Positions 52,856-64,000 of a stretch of 64,000 bases of DNA are shown here, in pieces. The translations under genes and the position numbers were made by a program. The DNA comes from Actinomycetota bacterium (GTDB lineage: Bacteria; Actinomycetota; Actinomycetes; Actinomycetales; Microbacteriaceae), in contig JBEEOK010000066.1 of NCBI GenBank assembly GCA_041191645.1, positions 53,232 to 117,231 of the forward strand, given 5' to 3'. The number at the start of each line of letters is the position of its first letter. The first letter of the stretch is position 1. The notes beneath the pieces were generated by a model. It was not told where the DNA came from, did no database searches, and was given only the letters and a program-made list of their open reading frames with translations.

Positions 52856-53641
52856 TTACTTTCTGAGCCCGGAGGACAACTCGCGGACCTTATCTTTTAG
52901 TGCTTCAACGCCGCCCTGTTGGTATGCCTTGACGAAGGCAGAACCTACGATGGCTCCCTCAGAGTATTGGTTTACCTCTGTGACCTGGTCGGCTGTCGAA
53001 ATTCCGATTCCTACTGCTGTGTTTTGAGTGCTTGAGGCCTTGCGAACATTGGCAACCACCTTTTTGGCATTTGCATCAACCTCGTTGCGTGCACCGGTGA
53101 TGCCCATGGTGGACACGGCGTAGACAAAGCCTCGGCTAAGGTCACAGGCAGTCTTCATTCGCTCATCAGACGATGACGGAGCTGCCAAAAACACACGGTC
53201 CAGCGAGTACTTGTCTGACAGTTCGAGCCAGTCCTTGGCCTCATCGGGAATGAGGTCGGGTGTAATCAGCCCTGCTCCCCCGGCCTCAGCCAAGTCACGA
53301 GCAAAGTTTTCCACGCCATAGCTCAGAACCGGGTTCCAGTAGGTCATGACCAACACTGGAGTGTCAACTACCGAGGTGATTGCTTTGACTGCTTCGAAAG
53401 TCTGCTTGAGCTTGAAGCCGGCATCTAGCGCCGCCATGGTGGCCTCTTGAATAACCACACCGTCCATTACCGGGTCACTGTAAGGAACACCCAGCTCAAG
53501 TACGTCTACGCCGTTTTGGCACATGGTGATTGCCGCTTCAACTGAACCCTCGAGGGTTGGATAACCAGCTGGAAAATAGCCGATTAGTGAGCCATGCCCG
53601 TTGGATTTGTTGGCTTTAAGAACATCAGCAGTTTTAGACAT
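52856..53641 (-). CDS. trpA: Tryptophan synthase alpha chain
   Basis: [32 protein letters not shown]. Confidence 0.96.
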   Translation of the reverse strand: MSKTADVLKANKSNGHGSLIGYFPAGYPTLEGSVEAAITMCQNGVDVLELGVPYSDPVMDGVVIQEATMAALDAGFKLKQTFEAVKAITSVVDTPVLVMTYWNPVLSYGVENFARDLAEAGGAGLITPDLIPDEAKDWLELSDKYSLDRVFLAAPSSSDERMKTACDLSRGFVYAVSTMGITGARNEVDANAKKVVANVRKASSTQNTAVGIGISTADQVTEVNQYSEGAIVGSAFVKAYQQGGVEALKDKVRELSSGLRK

Positions 53642-54848
53642 TAATTTCTCCGTCTAGAAGACCAAAATACTTGGCAGCGGTCACCATGTCTTTGTCGCCA
53701 CGACCGCTTAGGTTGACAAGGATCGAAGAGCCGGCCGGCAGCTCCTTGCCTAGTTTCAAGGCTCCGGCAAGGGCGTGCGAGGTTTCGATGGCCGGAATGA
53801 TGCCCTCGGTGCGGCTCAATAGGCGCAGGGCATCCATTGCTTCGCGATCACTGATGCCCCAGTACTTGGCGCGCCCAAGATCTTTTAGCCAAGCGTGCTC
53901 TGGGCCTACACCCGGGTAATCGAGGCCAGCAGAGATGGAGTGGCTTTCCAGGGTTTGGCCGTCTTCGTCTTGAAGCATATAGCTGCGTGCGCCGTGCAAT
54001 ACACCAGGACGGCCGTAGTTGAGGGTCGCTGCGTGACGAAGAGTGTCCATTCCGTCACCGGCGGCCTCAAAGCCAAACATCTGAACCTCAGGGTCATCGA
54101 GGAAGGCGTGGAACAAGCCGATTGCGTTCGATCCACCACCGACACAAGCGGCAAGCGCAGTTGGCAAGAAACCAAACTCGTCAAGCATTTGCTGACGTGC
54201 CTCAGTGCCAATTACCGAATGGAAGTCGCGCACCATAGTTGGAAACGGGTGTGGGCCGGCTACGGTGCCGAGCAGGTAGTGAGTATTTTCAACATTTGCT
54301 ACCCAGTCGCGCAGTGCTTCATTGATGGCATCTTTGAGGGTGCGACTGCCAGTCTTGACTGGCACCACGGTTGCCCCCAAAAGCTCCATGCGTGCCACAT
54401 TGAGCGCCTGACGCTCAGTGTCAACTTCACCCATGTAAACCACGCACTCAAGGCCAAATAGTGCAGCTGCAGTGGCGCTGGCCACTCCGTGCTGCCCTGC
54501 TCCAGTTTCAGCGATAATTCGAGTTTTACCCATTCGCTTTGTCAGTAGCGCCTGACCCAGAACATTGTTGATTTTGTGAGAGCCAGTGTGGTTGAGGTCT
54601 TCACGCTTCAAGAAGATGCGCACATCAGTACCGGCATGCTGAGCAAAACGCTTAGCCTCGGTGATGATTGAAGGCCGACCAGTGTAGGTTCTGTGCAGTT
54701 CGGCTAACTCCGCCGCGAATGTCGGATCATTCTTGGCAGTTTCATAGGTTGCTTCGAGCTCATCGAGAGCAGCAATCAGTGATTCTGGGACGAATCTGCC
54801 ACCAAATTCGCCGAAATATGGGCCTACTTGGTCTCTTAGTTGCGACAT
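53634..54848 (-). CDS. trpB: Tryptophan synthase beta chain
   Basis: [37 protein letters not shown]; start moved to ATG 54848. Confidence 0.97.
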   Translation of the reverse strand: MSQLRDQVGPYFGEFGGRFVPESLIAALDELEATYETAKNDPTFAAELAELHRTYTGRPSIITEAKRFAQHAGTDVRIFLKREDLNHTGSHKINNVLGQALLTKRMGKTRIIAETGAGQHGVASATAAALFGLECVVYMGEVDTERQALNVARMELLGATVVPVKTGSRTLKDAINEALRDWVANVENTHYLLGTVAGPHPFPTMVRDFHSVIGTEARQQMLDEFGFLPTALAACVGGGSNAIGLFHAFLDDPEVQMFGFEAAGDGMDTLRHAATLNYGRPGVLHGARSYMLQDEDGQTLESHSISAGLDYPGVGPEHAWLKDLGRAKYWGISDREAMDALRLLSRTEGIIPAIETSHALAGALKLGKELPAGSSILVNLSGRGDKDMVTAAKYFGLLDGEINV

Positions 54849-54858
54849 GTGATTAATC

Positions 54859-55638
54859 CTAAGACTTGCCAGCAAGCAAGAAAGACTGAAGCATTTGCGC
54901 TGGATCATTGGTAACTAGTGCTTCACCGACCAAAACAACGTCTGCCCCAGCCTTGCGGTAGTGAGCAACATCATCGGCGTTCCGAACGGCAGATTCTGCA
55001 ACCTTAATAACGTCTGCAGGAAACAGATCTACAAGGGTGCCGAAAAGGTTTCGGTCTGTCTCAAACGTTGAAAGGTCTCGAGCGTTTACGCCTACTAACT
55101 TGGCCTCAAGTTCAAAGGCGCGCTCAAGTTCAGCTCGATCGTGAGTTTCGACAAACGGGGTCATGCCCAGCTCAAGCGTGAACTTGAATAGTCGGGCAAT
55201 GTCTCTTTGCGCAAGGCCGGCAACGATAAGCAGAATGATGTCCGCGCCTGCAGCCCGTGCTTCAAGAATTTGATACTCGTTTGATGTGAAGTCTTTGCGA
55301 AGCAATGGGACATCAACACGGGCTCTGACTGCGCGAAGGTCATCGAGAGAGCCTTTGAATTTTCGCTCCTCGGTGAGAACACTGATGGCACTGGCACCGT
55401 TATTTGCATAAATCTCGGCGAGTAAAGCAGGATCTGGAATCTCGGCCATTTGGCCACGAGACGGAGAGGCGCGTTTCACCTCGGCCAATACCTTTATTCC
55501 GTCAGCTGGCGCAAGTGATGCCAAGGCATCCAACGCCGCCGGTGCAGCTAGAGCAGCTGATTCGACTTGCGACAGAGAAACAAGCTCGCGACGCTTTTCG
55601 GAATCTTCTAGAGAGCCTGCATAAAGAGACTCAAGCAC
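54859..55638 (-). CDS. trpC: Indole-3-glycerol phosphate synthase
   Basis: [28 protein letters not shown]. Confidence 0.96.
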   Translation of the reverse strand: MLESLYAGSLEDSEKRRELVSLSQVESAALAAPAALDALASLAPADGIKVLAEVKRASPSRGQMAEIPDPALLAEIYANNGASAISVLTEERKFKGSLDDLRAVRARVDVPLLRKDFTSNEYQILEARAAGADIILLIVAGLAQRDIARLFKFTLELGMTPFVETHDRAELERAFELEAKLVGVNARDLSTFETDRNLFGTLVDLFPADVIKVAESAVRNADDVAHYRKAGADVVLVGEALVTNDPAQMLQSFLLAGKS

Positions 55639-55865
55639 TAGTGCTTGCTCTTAGACTTTGAGCCACCCACGCCGTAGCCCATTTTCTTCATGATCATGCC
55701 AACTGGAATACCAGCAACCGCAAGAACCGCTGAAGCAACCACAATGGCAGGCTGGTCGAACCAGAACGCGAAAGTTCCAATGACAGAAGCAATCATGATG
55801 ATTGAAACTGCTGTCCAAGACGCTACTGAGTCGCCGTGGCTCTCTTCGTGAGTGTTCTCTGCCAT
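55638..55865 (-). CDS. HGxxPAAW/DUF6704-like small membrane protein
   Basis: HGDSVASWTAV followed by two TM helices; start moved to ATG 55865 (GAAAGG SD). Confidence 0.75.
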   Translation of the reverse strand: MAENTHEESHGDSVASWTAVSIIMIASVIGTFAFWFDQPAIVVASAVLAVAGIPVGMIMKKMGYGVGGSKSKSKH

Positions 55866-55914
55866 TTGTTTGCCTTTCGTGGAATCTTTACAAATTCTAA
55901 CAAGTACTGGGTGA

Positions 55915-56469
55915 TTAGCGCTGCGAGTCCCAGAGCGAAATTGTGTCTTCAGGTTCACCCGCTTCTGCAGGCTTTCGCTCAGTGCGTGAAGTTCGAACTG
56001 GCCAAGATTTGACGGCCAGAATGGTGGCCACCTGTGCGCCGGCAAAAAATAGCAGTGCAGCTACAGTCAGGTATCCCGAAATTTCGGTGATTACGGTGAC
56101 TCCATCGATTCCATGGGTGGCGGCAATACCGGTAGCGGTTTCAACGGCTTTGCCTAATGAACTGATGTTCTGAGCCTGCAGTTCTAGCAAAACCGCCATG
56201 GAAAGTGCAAAAGATGTAGCGGCACCAAGGGCCCCGACCACCATTTGAATTTTCTTGGTTGAAAAGAAAAAGAACAGGCTTTGGCTCGCAATAAGCAGCA
56301 GAACCGGGGTTAGGTAGGCATAGGTAGTAAAGCCATCGAAAGCCTGCAGAATCACTGCCGTGTCCTGAGGCGTCATCTCTAGTGTGTACCAGGTTCGCCC
56401 GCCGGCAATGACGGCCAAGAGCAGTAGTAGCGCCCAAAGCGCAAACGCGCGCCCTTTAGTTAGTTTCAA
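55915..56469 (-). CDS. Trp biosynthesis-associated membrane protein
   Basis: About four TM helices, C-terminal 'D...WD' motif, position between trpE and trpC. Confidence 0.7.
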   Translation of the reverse strand: MKLTKGRAFALWALLLLLAVIAGGRTWYTLEMTPQDTAVILQAFDGFTTYAYLTPVLLLIASQSLFFFFSTKKIQMVVGALGAATSFALSMAVLLELQAQNISSLGKAVETATGIAATHGIDGVTVITEISGYLTVAALLFFAGAQVATILAVKSWPVRTSRTERKPAEAGEPEDTISLWDSQR

Positions 56470-57983
56470 CGAACAACCAACCGATTTGCCGCCATGACAG
56501 CGCGCAGAGGCGCACCAGCCTTGCTTATAGTTTCCTGATATTCAGACTCGGGCACTGAGTCCAAAACTAGGCCCGCTCCAGCCTGAACGTGTGCCATGCC
56601 ATCGCGAATAAATGCAGTTCGAATGGCGATTGCCAAGTCAGCGTTTCCGGCGAAGTCAAAGTAGCCGACTACGCCACCATAAATGCCACGGTTAGTTACC
56701 TCAAGCTCGTCGATAATTTCTAGGGCTCTTGGCTTTGGCGCGCCTGACAATGTGCCAGCTGGGAAAGTCGCTTTGAAGACATCAACCGGGGTTTGGCCGC
56801 TTCTTACGTCACCTTCGACGGTGGAGACCAGGTGCATGATGTGGCTGAATCGGTGAACCTGCATGAATTCGGTGACCGTAACCGATGATGGTTCGCAAAC
56901 CTTAAGTAGGTCATTGCGAGCCAGGTCAACCAGCATCAAGTGCTCTGCCTTTTCTTTGTGATCGGCAATCAAGCTCTCTTCTAATGAGGTGTCTTCGCCG
57001 TCGGTGGCTCCACGTGGTCTTGAACCGGCAATAGGGTGTGTGATTGCACGACCGTGTTGAACCTTCACCAGCGCTTCTGGAGATGAGCCAATTACTGCGT
57101 AGGGTCCGTCTTCGTCGACAAAATTTAGAAGATACATGTACGGGCTTGGGTTTAGCTCGCGCAGCACGCGGTAAACCGCAAGCGGTGAAGCCTGGCACGG
57201 GTAATCAAAGCGCTGTGAAATAACTACTTGAAAGACGTCACCAATGCGCACGTAATGCTTGGATTTTTCAATTGCAGCCATGAAATCTTCTTTTTCAACC
57301 CGTGATGCTGGCGTATCGGTAACGGTGAAATCGAAAAGCGATTGCGGCTCTGAGTGTGACTTGTTGAGGTCACTCTTCATTTGGCTGATTCGTTCAAGAG
57401 CCTTGGTGTGAAGGTCGGCAAGATCACAGTCATCGGTCACAAACACGTTTGATACTAACTGAAGTGACAGTTGTTCATGGTCGACGATGACTAGATCGCG
57501 GAACATTGCCAGTGCCAGAGTTGGGCTTGGGTAATCCTTTGCCGGAGCCTCAGGAAGGTTCTCGATTTCGCGAATTAGGTCCCAAGCCATCACCCCCACC
57601 AAACCTGAGGTTAGTGGTGGAAGATCGCCGATTGGTTCTGAGGTCCAGGCCGCTTGTAATTGACCGAGTGCATCAAGCGCTTCACCACTTAGAGCCTCAG
57701 CCGAATTTGGCAGAGCAGACTCGCCGGTTTCTGACAACCAGTGGACTCCCCCGTCCGAATTTTTAACCAGGCTTCCACGGTTGTTAACTCCAATAAAACT
57801 GAAGCGTGACCAAATGCCTTGCTCAGCAGACTCCAGAAGGAAACTGCCAGATTTGTGTGAGGCAAGTTTTTCGAAAACCGAGAGTGGAGTTTCCGCATCC
57901 ATTGGCAAGGTCTGAATGACCGGTACCACTCGATGCTTTGTGGCTAAATCGGAAAGAACCTCAAGAGTGACTGGCTGACTCAT
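56466..57983 (-). CDS. trpE: Anthranilate synthase component I
   Basis: FLLESAE, GDVFQVV.SQR, NPSPYMY, PIAGSRPRG, EHLMLVDLARND. Confidence 0.95.
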   Translation of the reverse strand: MSQPVTLEVLSDLATKHRVVPVIQTLPMDAETPLSVFEKLASHKSGSFLLESAEQGIWSRFSFIGVNNRGSLVKNSDGGVHWLSETGESALPNSAEALSGEALDALGQLQAAWTSEPIGDLPPLTSGLVGVMAWDLIREIENLPEAPAKDYPSPTLALAMFRDLVIVDHEQLSLQLVSNVFVTDDCDLADLHTKALERISQMKSDLNKSHSEPQSLFDFTVTDTPASRVEKEDFMAAIEKSKHYVRIGDVFQVVISQRFDYPCQASPLAVYRVLRELNPSPYMYLLNFVDEDGPYAVIGSSPEALVKVQHGRAITHPIAGSRPRGATDGEDTSLEESLIADHKEKAEHLMLVDLARNDLLKVCEPSSVTVTEFMQVHRFSHIMHLVSTVEGDVRSGQTPVDVFKATFPAGTLSGAPKPRALEIIDELEVTNRGIYGGVVGYFDFAGNADLAIAIRTAFIRDGMAHVQAGAGLVLDSVPESEYQETISKAGAPLRAVMAANRLVVR

Positions 57984-58333
57984 TAGTCCTCCTTCTCGAT
58001 GTAAAGAGTTGACACGTCAAAGCAAGACTCGGAGTCTGTGTGACAGGCAGGGCCGTTTTCTTTGACCTTGATGAGTAGGGTGTCGCCATCGCAGTCAGCC
58101 TCAATTGAGGCAATCTCTTGCGTGTTCCCCGAGGTTGCACCCTTGTGCCACAACTCTTGACGTGAACGAGACCAGAAGACGGTCTCACCAATTTCTATGC
58201 TTTGCAGAAGTGATTCGCGTGACATCCAGGCCATCATCAACACTCGTCCGGTGGTAACACTTTGGACGATTGCCGGCACTAAGCCGTCATTGTTGTAGAC
58301 AACCGAGTCGATCGCAGAAACATCTTTTGGCAT
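57983..58333 (-). CDS. hisI: Phosphoribosyl-AMP cyclohydrolase
   Basis: WSRSR..LW.KGATSG, DCDGD, ACHT...SCF. Confidence 0.96.
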   Translation of the reverse strand: MPKDVSAIDSVVYNNDGLVPAIVQSVTTGRVLMMAWMSRESLLQSIEIGETVFWSRSRQELWHKGATSGNTQEIASIEADCDGDTLLIKVKENGPACHTDSESCFDVSTLYIEKED

Positions 58334-58335
58334 GA

Positions 58336-59097
58336 CTATCTCGTTTCGTATCCGGCGTTCTTTAATGCCCGCTTTGCATCACCGATGGTTACCGAGCCTT
58401 CGTGGAAAATCGAGGCTGCCAGAATGGCATCAGCACCAGCCGCAGCTGCATCTGGAAAATCTTCGGCCTTACCCGCTCCACCGCTTGCGATGACCGGAAT
58501 GTTGGAAATTGCACGAATGGCTCGCAACATCTCTGAGTCGAATCCCTCACGGGTGCCATCGGCATCGATGCTATTGACTAGCAGCTCGCCAGCGCCACGT
58601 TCGATGGCCTCGGAAACCCACTGCAGTGCATCGAGCGAGGTCTCTTGGCGGCCTCCGTGGGTGGTAACCACAAAGCCTGACTCGGTCTCAGTTGAGCGTT
58701 TGAGATCAAGAGAGATTACTAGAACCTGATTGCCGAACCGATTGGCAATTTGATTGAGAAGGTCGGGATTGCTAATGCCAGCCGAACCGACGCTAACTTT
58801 GTCTGCGCCCGCTCCAAGGAGTCTGGCAACATCATCGACCTGTCGAATACCTCCACCGACAGTCAAAGGTATAAAGACTTGCTCGGCGCAGCTGGTTACT
58901 AGGTCATACATGGTTGAGCGGTTGTCGACGGTGGCGTGTACGTCAAGAAAAGTAAGTTCGTCAGCACCGTCTTGGTAGTAGCGCGCAGCCAACTCAATTG
59001 GGTCGCCTGCGTCGCGAAGGTTCAAAAAATTGACGCCTTTGACAACACGGCCGTCAGCGACATCAAGACAAGGAATTACTCGAATCGAGAGAGACAT
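58336..59097 (-). CDS. hisF: Imidazole glycerol phosphate synthase cyclase subunit
   Basis: [29 protein letters not shown]. Confidence 0.97.
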   Translation of the reverse strand: MSLSIRVIPCLDVADGRVVKGVNFLNLRDAGDPIELAARYYQDGADELTFLDVHATVDNRSTMYDLVTSCAEQVFIPLTVGGGIRQVDDVARLLGAGADKVSVGSAGISNPDLLNQIANRFGNQVLVISLDLKRSTETESGFVVTTHGGRQETSLDALQWVSEAIERGAGELLVNSIDADGTREGFDSEMLRAIRAISNIPVIASGGAGKAEDFPDAAAAGADAILAASIFHEGSVTIGDAKRALKNAGYETR

Positions 59098-59936
59098 TAG
59101 ATTCTCGCGGCGTGAATTGCGCTAACCAAAATTGCTCGTGCGCCCAATTCGTAAAGTTCATCCATCTTTGCGTTGATTTCGGTCGACTTTACCAACGCAC
59201 GAACGGCAACCCATTCGCTGTCACGCAATGGCGAAACGGTTGGTGACTCGATACCTGGTGTGATTGCAGAGGCTTTCTCGACCAGAGAGGTTGGGCAGTC
59301 GTAATCGAAAATTACGTATTCTCGAGCTACTAGGACACCGTGCATGCGACGTAATAGCTGTTCGTGGTCGGAGCCTGAACCCGGTGCAATGATTAGTTGA
59401 GCTGAACTCTCAAGAATTACCGGGCCAAAAATCTCGAGCCCGGCCTGACGAAGCGTGTTGCCGGTTGATACGACGTCAGCAACAGCGTCGGCAACGCCTA
59501 GGCGCACGGCAACTTCAACCGCACCATCCAGCTGAACCAATTCAACCGCAATGCCTTGCTCTTTCAAGAAGTCCTCAACGAGGTGTGGGTATGCAGTAGC
59601 CACCCGCTTTCCAGCAAGATCTTGAATGGTCTTGAATTGACCAACCGGCCCAGCAAATCTGAAAGTTGAACCGCCAAAGCCAAGATCGGCAACAGATACT
59701 GCCTTGGAGCGGCTATCAAGCAAAAGGTCTAAGCCGGTGAAACCGACATCAAGTGAGCCGGCACCAACGTAGGTGGCGATGTCACGTGGACGTAGGTAGA
59801 AGAACTCGATTCCGTGTGCCTGATCGACCACGTGCAGGTCTTTTGGATCGCGGCGAACGGTGTAACCAGCCTCTTTCAACATGAAGATGGCTGATTCTGA
59901 AAGGATGCCCTTATTCGGGACTGCAACTCTTAGCAA
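59097..59936 (-). CDS. hisG: ATP phosphoribosyltransferase (long form)
   Basis: AVPNKG, LRPRDI, GAVE....LG.ADA.ADVV.TG.TL. Confidence 0.96.
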   Translation of the reverse strand: MLRVAVPNKGILSESAIFMLKEAGYTVRRDPKDLHVVDQAHGIEFFYLRPRDIATYVGAGSLDVGFTGLDLLLDSRSKAVSVADLGFGGSTFRFAGPVGQFKTIQDLAGKRVATAYPHLVEDFLKEQGIAVELVQLDGAVEVAVRLGVADAVADVVSTGNTLRQAGLEIFGPVILESSAQLIIAPGSGSDHEQLLRRMHGVLVAREYVIFDYDCPTSLVEKASAITPGIESPTVSPLRDSEWVAVRALVKSTEINAKMDELYELGARAILVSAIHAARI

Positions 59937-59962
59937 TTGAGTCTCTCTTGTGAGTGGTTTGG

Positions 59963-60226
59963 TTAGAAGTTTTTTTCGAGATCTTGAAGGGTGATTCCCT
60001 TAGCGGTCATCAACACCTGCAGATGGTAGATCAATTGAGAGATCTCTTCTGCGGTTCGCTCATTGCCTTCGTACTCGGCGGCCATCCAAACCTCGGCTGC
60101 CTCTTCAACAACTTTTTTACCGATTGTGTGAACGCCAGCGTCAAGCCACTTTACGGTTTCAGAACCGGCTGGGCGTGATGCGGCTTTTTCACCAATTTCG
60201 GCGAGGAGTTGTTCAAAGGACTTCAT
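59963..60226 (-). CDS. hisE: Phosphoribosyl-ATP pyrophosphatase
   Basis: [25 protein letters not shown]. Confidence 0.95.
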   Translation of the reverse strand: MKSFEQLLAEIGEKAASRPAGSETVKWLDAGVHTIGKKVVEEAAEVWMAAEYEGNERTAEEISQLIYHLQVLMTAKGITLQDLEKNF

Positions 60227-60235
60227 GCTTCTAGT

Positions 60236-60907
60236 TTAGTGGCGGTGGCCAATGCCTCTTTGAGCCAGGCCGCGAAGGTTATCAATCTGGGCCTGGCGGT
60301 CATCTGCTTTGAAAACAGCGGAACCAGCCACAAAGGTGTCGGCTCCTAGCTCCGCAACTCGCTCGATGTTGGTTTCATCAATCCCGCCGTCCACCTGCAG
60401 CCAGACGTCCAGTTTCTCGGCATCAATTTTTCGGCGCGCTTGAGATACCTTGCTAAGCGTTTCTTCAATCAATGACTGCCCGCCGAATCCCGGCTCGACG
60501 GTCATTACCAATAGTTGGTCAAATTCAGCAAGCAACTCAAGGTACGGATCTACGTTGGTGCCAGGTTTGATAGCGATGCCAGCTCTGGCACCGATTGAAC
60601 GAAGCGTTCTGGCCAGCTTGACTGCGTCAGAAGCCGCTTCAGCATGAAACGTGACCGAGTAGGCGCCGCTTTCAGCGTAGGCCGGTGCCCATTTATCCGG
60701 GTTCTCAATCATCAAGTGAATGTCTAGTGGCTTTGGTGTTATCTGCTGCATACGAGCCACCATGGGTAAGCCGAAAGTTAGGTTTGGAACAAAGTGGTTG
60801 TCCATTACGTCAACGTGAATCAAATCTGAATTGGCGATGGAACCAAAGTCTCGCTCAAAATTGACGAAATCAGCGGACAAAATGGACGGATTTATGCGAG
60901 CAGTCAT
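60236..60907 (-). CDS. rpe: Ribulose-phosphate 3-epimerase
   Basis: PSILSADF, HVDVMDNHFVPNLT, MTVEPGFGGQ, VDGG. Confidence 0.97.
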   Translation of the reverse strand: MTARINPSILSADFVNFERDFGSIANSDLIHVDVMDNHFVPNLTFGLPMVARMQQITPKPLDIHLMIENPDKWAPAYAESGAYSVTFHAEAASDAVKLARTLRSIGARAGIAIKPGTNVDPYLELLAEFDQLLVMTVEPGFGGQSLIEETLSKVSQARRKIDAEKLDVWLQVDGGIDETNIERVAELGADTFVAGSAVFKADDRQAQIDNLRGLAQRGIGHRH

Positions 60908-60911
60908 GTTT

Positions 60912-62285
60912 CTAACCTAAGGATTTTTCTAGAAGTGCAATGAACATGGCATCAGTGCCGTGAATGTGTGGCCACAGCTGTGCGGTTTTTCGCTGCTTAT
61001 TAAGGTGCAAATTTGGGTTGATTTCTTCGAGAACCGCATTTGCATCAAGCAGCGTTGCACCCAGCTTCTTTTGAGCCCAGTCTACGATTGCGTTGGTTTC
61101 GGCTAGGTGCGGTGAACACGTCACATAAGCGATCACTCCCCCGGGCTTTAGAGCTGCCCAAGCGCTGGTCAAAAGCTCTTCTTGCAACTTGGTCAACTCA
61201 GCAACATCTGACTGTTGCTTGCGCCAGCGTGACTCTGGTCTACGTCGAAGCGCGCCTAAACCGGTGCATGGAGCATCAAGCAAAATGCGATCAAAGTGCT
61301 GCGGCGATTTGGCCCCTAGTTGACGGCCATCATTGACGATGACTTCGAGTCGGCTGTCTACCAGGTTAAGAGCCTGCTTTACCAACTTTGCGCGGTGAGG
61401 AGCAACCTCATTACAAACCAGATGCGCGTCGGAAAGTTTGGCCTCGGCTGCGAGCAGAGCGGCCTTGCCACCCGGGCCGGCACACATGTCTAGCCAATTC
61501 TCTGAGTTTTGGATTGGCTTGGCCTCTACTAAGGCCAGTGCTGCCAGTTGTGACCCCTGGTCTTGAACTCGAATACGGCCCTCACGGAAGGCGGCGAGAT
61601 TGTTTGGGTCGCCACCGTCTAATAGGGCACCAATTGGGCTCGCTGGACCAATCTCTAGATCCTCGAAGTCCTGCTTCTTGGCGATTCCAGGTAGGCCGAC
61701 CAAGCTCACCAGAGGTGGAATGTTGTCGGCAAACAACAGGTCGCGAAGATCGTTTGCTCGATTGTCTAGCGCAAGAGCCTGCTCCAAAGCTCGAACCACC
61801 CAGATTGGGTGGCTGAATTCCACGGCCAGACGCTCATGTGGGTTGTCAAGACCGTTTAGGACAATGCTCAGCCATTCATCGCGCGTACGTTCTGACACTC
61901 TGCGCAGGACCCCATTGATGAAACCAACCGCGCCACGGCTCAAGTAGTGCTTGGCAAGTTCAACCGTTTCGCTGAGGGCGGCGTGAGATGGCACTCGCAT
62001 TCCAAGAATTTGGTGTGCGCCGAGCCTTAGAAAAACCAGAGCCGAGATGTCGATCTCGTCGCTGTACCTGTGTGCGCACTCTTCGACAACACGGTCATAA
62101 AACAATTGCCAACGAAGTGTGCCGAAAGCCAACTCTTGGGCAAATGCAACGTCGCGGGAGTCTAGACGAGACTGCTCTAGAAGCTTTGGCAAGAGCAGAT
62201 TGGCGTATGCGCCTTCTTTCTCAACAGCCATGAGCAGGTCAATTGCTACCTCGCGGGAACTCACCTTGCGTTCGTGTTTTGCCAT
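60912..62285 (-). CDS. rsmB: RsmB/Fmu 16S rRNA m5C methyltransferase (NusB-like N-terminus)
   Basis: QDQGSQL, DMCAGPGGK, DAPCTGLG..RRRPE, YVTCSP; start moved to ATG 62285. Confidence 0.92.
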   Translation of the reverse strand: MAKHERKVSSREVAIDLLMAVEKEGAYANLLLPKLLEQSRLDSRDVAFAQELAFGTLRWQLFYDRVVEECAHRYSDEIDISALVFLRLGAHQILGMRVPSHAALSETVELAKHYLSRGAVGFINGVLRRVSERTRDEWLSIVLNGLDNPHERLAVEFSHPIWVVRALEQALALDNRANDLRDLLFADNIPPLVSLVGLPGIAKKQDFEDLEIGPASPIGALLDGGDPNNLAAFREGRIRVQDQGSQLAALALVEAKPIQNSENWLDMCAGPGGKAALLAAEAKLSDAHLVCNEVAPHRAKLVKQALNLVDSRLEVIVNDGRQLGAKSPQHFDRILLDAPCTGLGALRRRPESRWRKQQSDVAELTKLQEELLTSAWAALKPGGVIAYVTCSPHLAETNAIVDWAQKKLGATLLDANAVLEEINPNLHLNKQRKTAQLWPHIHGTDAMFIALLEKSLG

Positions 62286-63235
62286 TAACTGAACTGAACT
62301 TTCTTGTTTGTCTGCATTCCGCGATGCCAATCGGCAGCATTCATAATTTGTTTGCCTGAAGGCTGAACCTCTTTAAGTTCCAGCAATGTGCCTTTACCGC
62401 AGGTGACTAGGGCTCGTTTTTCCTTAGTCAGCAAGGTGCCCGGCTCTAGCTCGGTTCCTTCTAGGGTTGCCCAATCAATGGCTCCCAAAGCTCTTGCCGA
62501 GATGATACGAAAAGACTCACCGTCAAGACTGGTCCAAGCCATGGGCTCTGGATTCATGGCACAAACTTTATGTTCAATGGCAAAAGCTGAATCAGACCAA
62601 TCTATGTGGGCCAACTCACGACTTAGCTTGGTAGCAATTCGTGCCTGCCCGTTACTTGTTTGTGCAGTTGTGGAAGCCAGGCCTGCAGCTATTCGTGGCA
62701 AAACTTCGAGTAACCCGCTTACGCCCAATTTGGTCAAGCGTGAAAGAAGCTCTCCCGAGGTTTCTGCGGGGGAAATCTCGGTGGGAACCTGAAGGTGTAC
62801 TGGGCCTGTATCCATGCCCTCGTCGAGCTGAAAGATCGTGATTCCAGTAGTTTTATCGCCGTTCAAAATTGAATGCTGAACAGGTGCAGCGCCCCGCCAA
62901 TCCGGCAACAGGCTGAAGTGAACGTTGATCCACCCTAGTGGAAGAGCCTCCAGGGTAGGCGCTTTGAAAATGGCACCATAGGCCACTGCGATTCCTAGGT
63001 CAGCGTCAACTGATTTGATCTGTTCCAGCACCAATTCATCAACTCGATTTGCCTTGATGACGGGTATACCAAGGTGTTCTGCCACAATCGCAACTGGCGA
63101 AGGGGTAACGACTCTCTTGCGGCCAACTGGTGCATCAATACGAGTGAGCACTCCAGCTATTTCAATGCCGTTGTTATGAAGGGCAGTCAGCGTCTCAGCT
63201 GCGTTAAGCGGGGTACCCGCAAATAGAACTTTCAA
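62285..63235 (-). CDS. fmt: Methionyl-tRNA formyltransferase
   Basis: FAGTP, NVHFSLLP.WRGAAP, GMDTGP. Confidence 0.95.
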   Translation of the reverse strand: MKVLFAGTPLNAAETLTALHNNGIEIAGVLTRIDAPVGRKRVVTPSPVAIVAEHLGIPVIKANRVDELVLEQIKSVDADLGIAVAYGAIFKAPTLEALPLGWINVHFSLLPDWRGAAPVQHSILNGDKTTGITIFQLDEGMDTGPVHLQVPTEISPAETSGELLSRLTKLGVSGLLEVLPRIAAGLASTTAQTSNGQARIATKLSRELAHIDWSDSAFAIEHKVCAMNPEPMAWTSLDGESFRIISARALGAIDWATLEGTELEPGTLLTKEKRALVTCGKGTLLELKEVQPSGKQIMNAADWHRGMQTNKKVQFS

Positions 63236-63256
63236 ACCACACCGTGCCTTCCTGGA

Positions 63257-64000
63257 CTAGATTACTTCGGAGTCATCCATCTTGACTCTGATTGGGCGCA
63301 TTGCCCTGCCAGATTTGGCGTTTACTGCACTCGCACCAGCTGAGTGAACCAGCACGGCCGCTTTTAGGTGGTTTGCCAACCACTCGCCTTGAGCGAAATC
63401 GTATTTGACTAAGGCTCGCCAGGTCACCAGAACGTTGCGGTCGTAGATGGCCATTGGTCCCAGAACCTCAACCCCAGGTTTACCCCTCAACTCAGCGAGC
63501 AGGGAGTCCAGAAGACCGGACTCAGCCGAAATCGAGGCCATTCGGATGGCTGGTGGAAAGCGCAACTCGCGGCGAGATTCCAGCTCCACATGGGCGAAAC
63601 TTGCTGGTTGCCAAGACGCTATAAATTTGGCGAGCTGCCCCTTAATCCCCACCACCAGCGCCTGGCCTTGAGGCTTCACCATGGCAATTGCGTTTGCCCA
63701 ACTTCTGAAGGCGTCCTCGGTGGCTTTGAGTGAATCTCGGTTCAAGGCATGATTAGCATCAAGAACCACGACTGCTTGATAGCCGCCGGCAACCCTAGGT
63801 TCTGCTCCTGGAGTTGCTACGACAAGGCTTCTGGTCGCATTGATTGACTCTTTGCGATGTTCAGCGTTCGATTCAATAATGGGAATTCCAGGAAAAGCTT
63901 TACCAAAGTCGCTAGCCGTTCTGGTTGAACCAGCACCTCCGGCCTTTACCTTTTGACCTCCGCAGATCTTGCATCGAAAATTCAGATTCGACTGGTTACA
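63257..64000 (-). CDS. priA: Primosomal protein N' (C-terminal part, 5'-truncated by window edge)
   Basis: Frame is open from 64000 (C..C Zn motif, G..RTA.D.GKAFP, VVATPGAEP...GY.A.VVLD, FPPA.RMA); directly upstream of fmt. Confidence 0.85.
   Translation of the reverse strand, partial: CNQSNLNFRCKICGGQKVKAGGAGSTRTASDFGKAFPGIPIIESNAEHRKESINATRSLVVATPGAEPRVAGGYQAVVVLDANHALNRDSLKATEDAFRSWANAIAMVKPQGQALVVGIKGQLAKFIASWQPASFAHVELESRRELRFPPAIRMASISAESGLLDSLLAELRGKPGVEVLGPMAIYDRNVLVTWRALVKYDFAQGEWLANHLKAAVLVHSAGASAVNAKSGRAMRPIRVKMDDSEVI

Noticed and set aside
60227-63256. No rib genes between rpe and hisE, and no def between priA and fmt
   Set aside because: Loss cannot be told from relocation in one window; likely ordinary family gene order.

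Overview
A compact (~52-54% GC), almost gap-free core-genome segment of a streamlined actinobacterium. Gene order and protein sequences fit Microbacteriaceae, probably the freshwater Luna clade (Rhodoluna/Aquiluna-like); this assignment is inference. Content: DEDDh exonuclease (partial), type B L31, glgA/glgC/serB, fabG, DUF3099-Zn finger-SURF1, an ABC-F, sufBD-Rieske-sufC-sufT, ctaA-photolyase-ctaB, tkt-tal-pgi-zwf-opcA-pgl, rbpA-like, secG, tpi/pgk/gap, sodA, whiA/rapZ, uvrCAB, coaE, rpsA, polA, PaaI thioesterase, ANTAR regulator, tRNA-Leu(CAA), pyk, gltDB, lgt, trpABC/trpE, hisIFGE, rpe, rsmB, fmt and priA (partial). I see no mobile element, prophage, CRISPR array, defence island, intein or frameshifted gene, and no clearly novel protein-coding system. 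The unexplained signal is non-coding. The best candidate is a ~145-nt stretch (13127-13270) between sufB and ctaA, where sufR usually sits; it is packed with nested and mutually exclusive complementary segments and may be a structured RNA or RNA switch. Other leads: a three-hairpin element behind rpmE2, a dyad-symmetric glgA/glgC double promoter, a photolyase coupled to heme A synthase, an ANTAR-like hexaloop in the gltB leader, a WhiA box at the whiA operon, and -10 hexamers that reuse upstream stop codons. All structure and promoter calls were made by eye and are untested.
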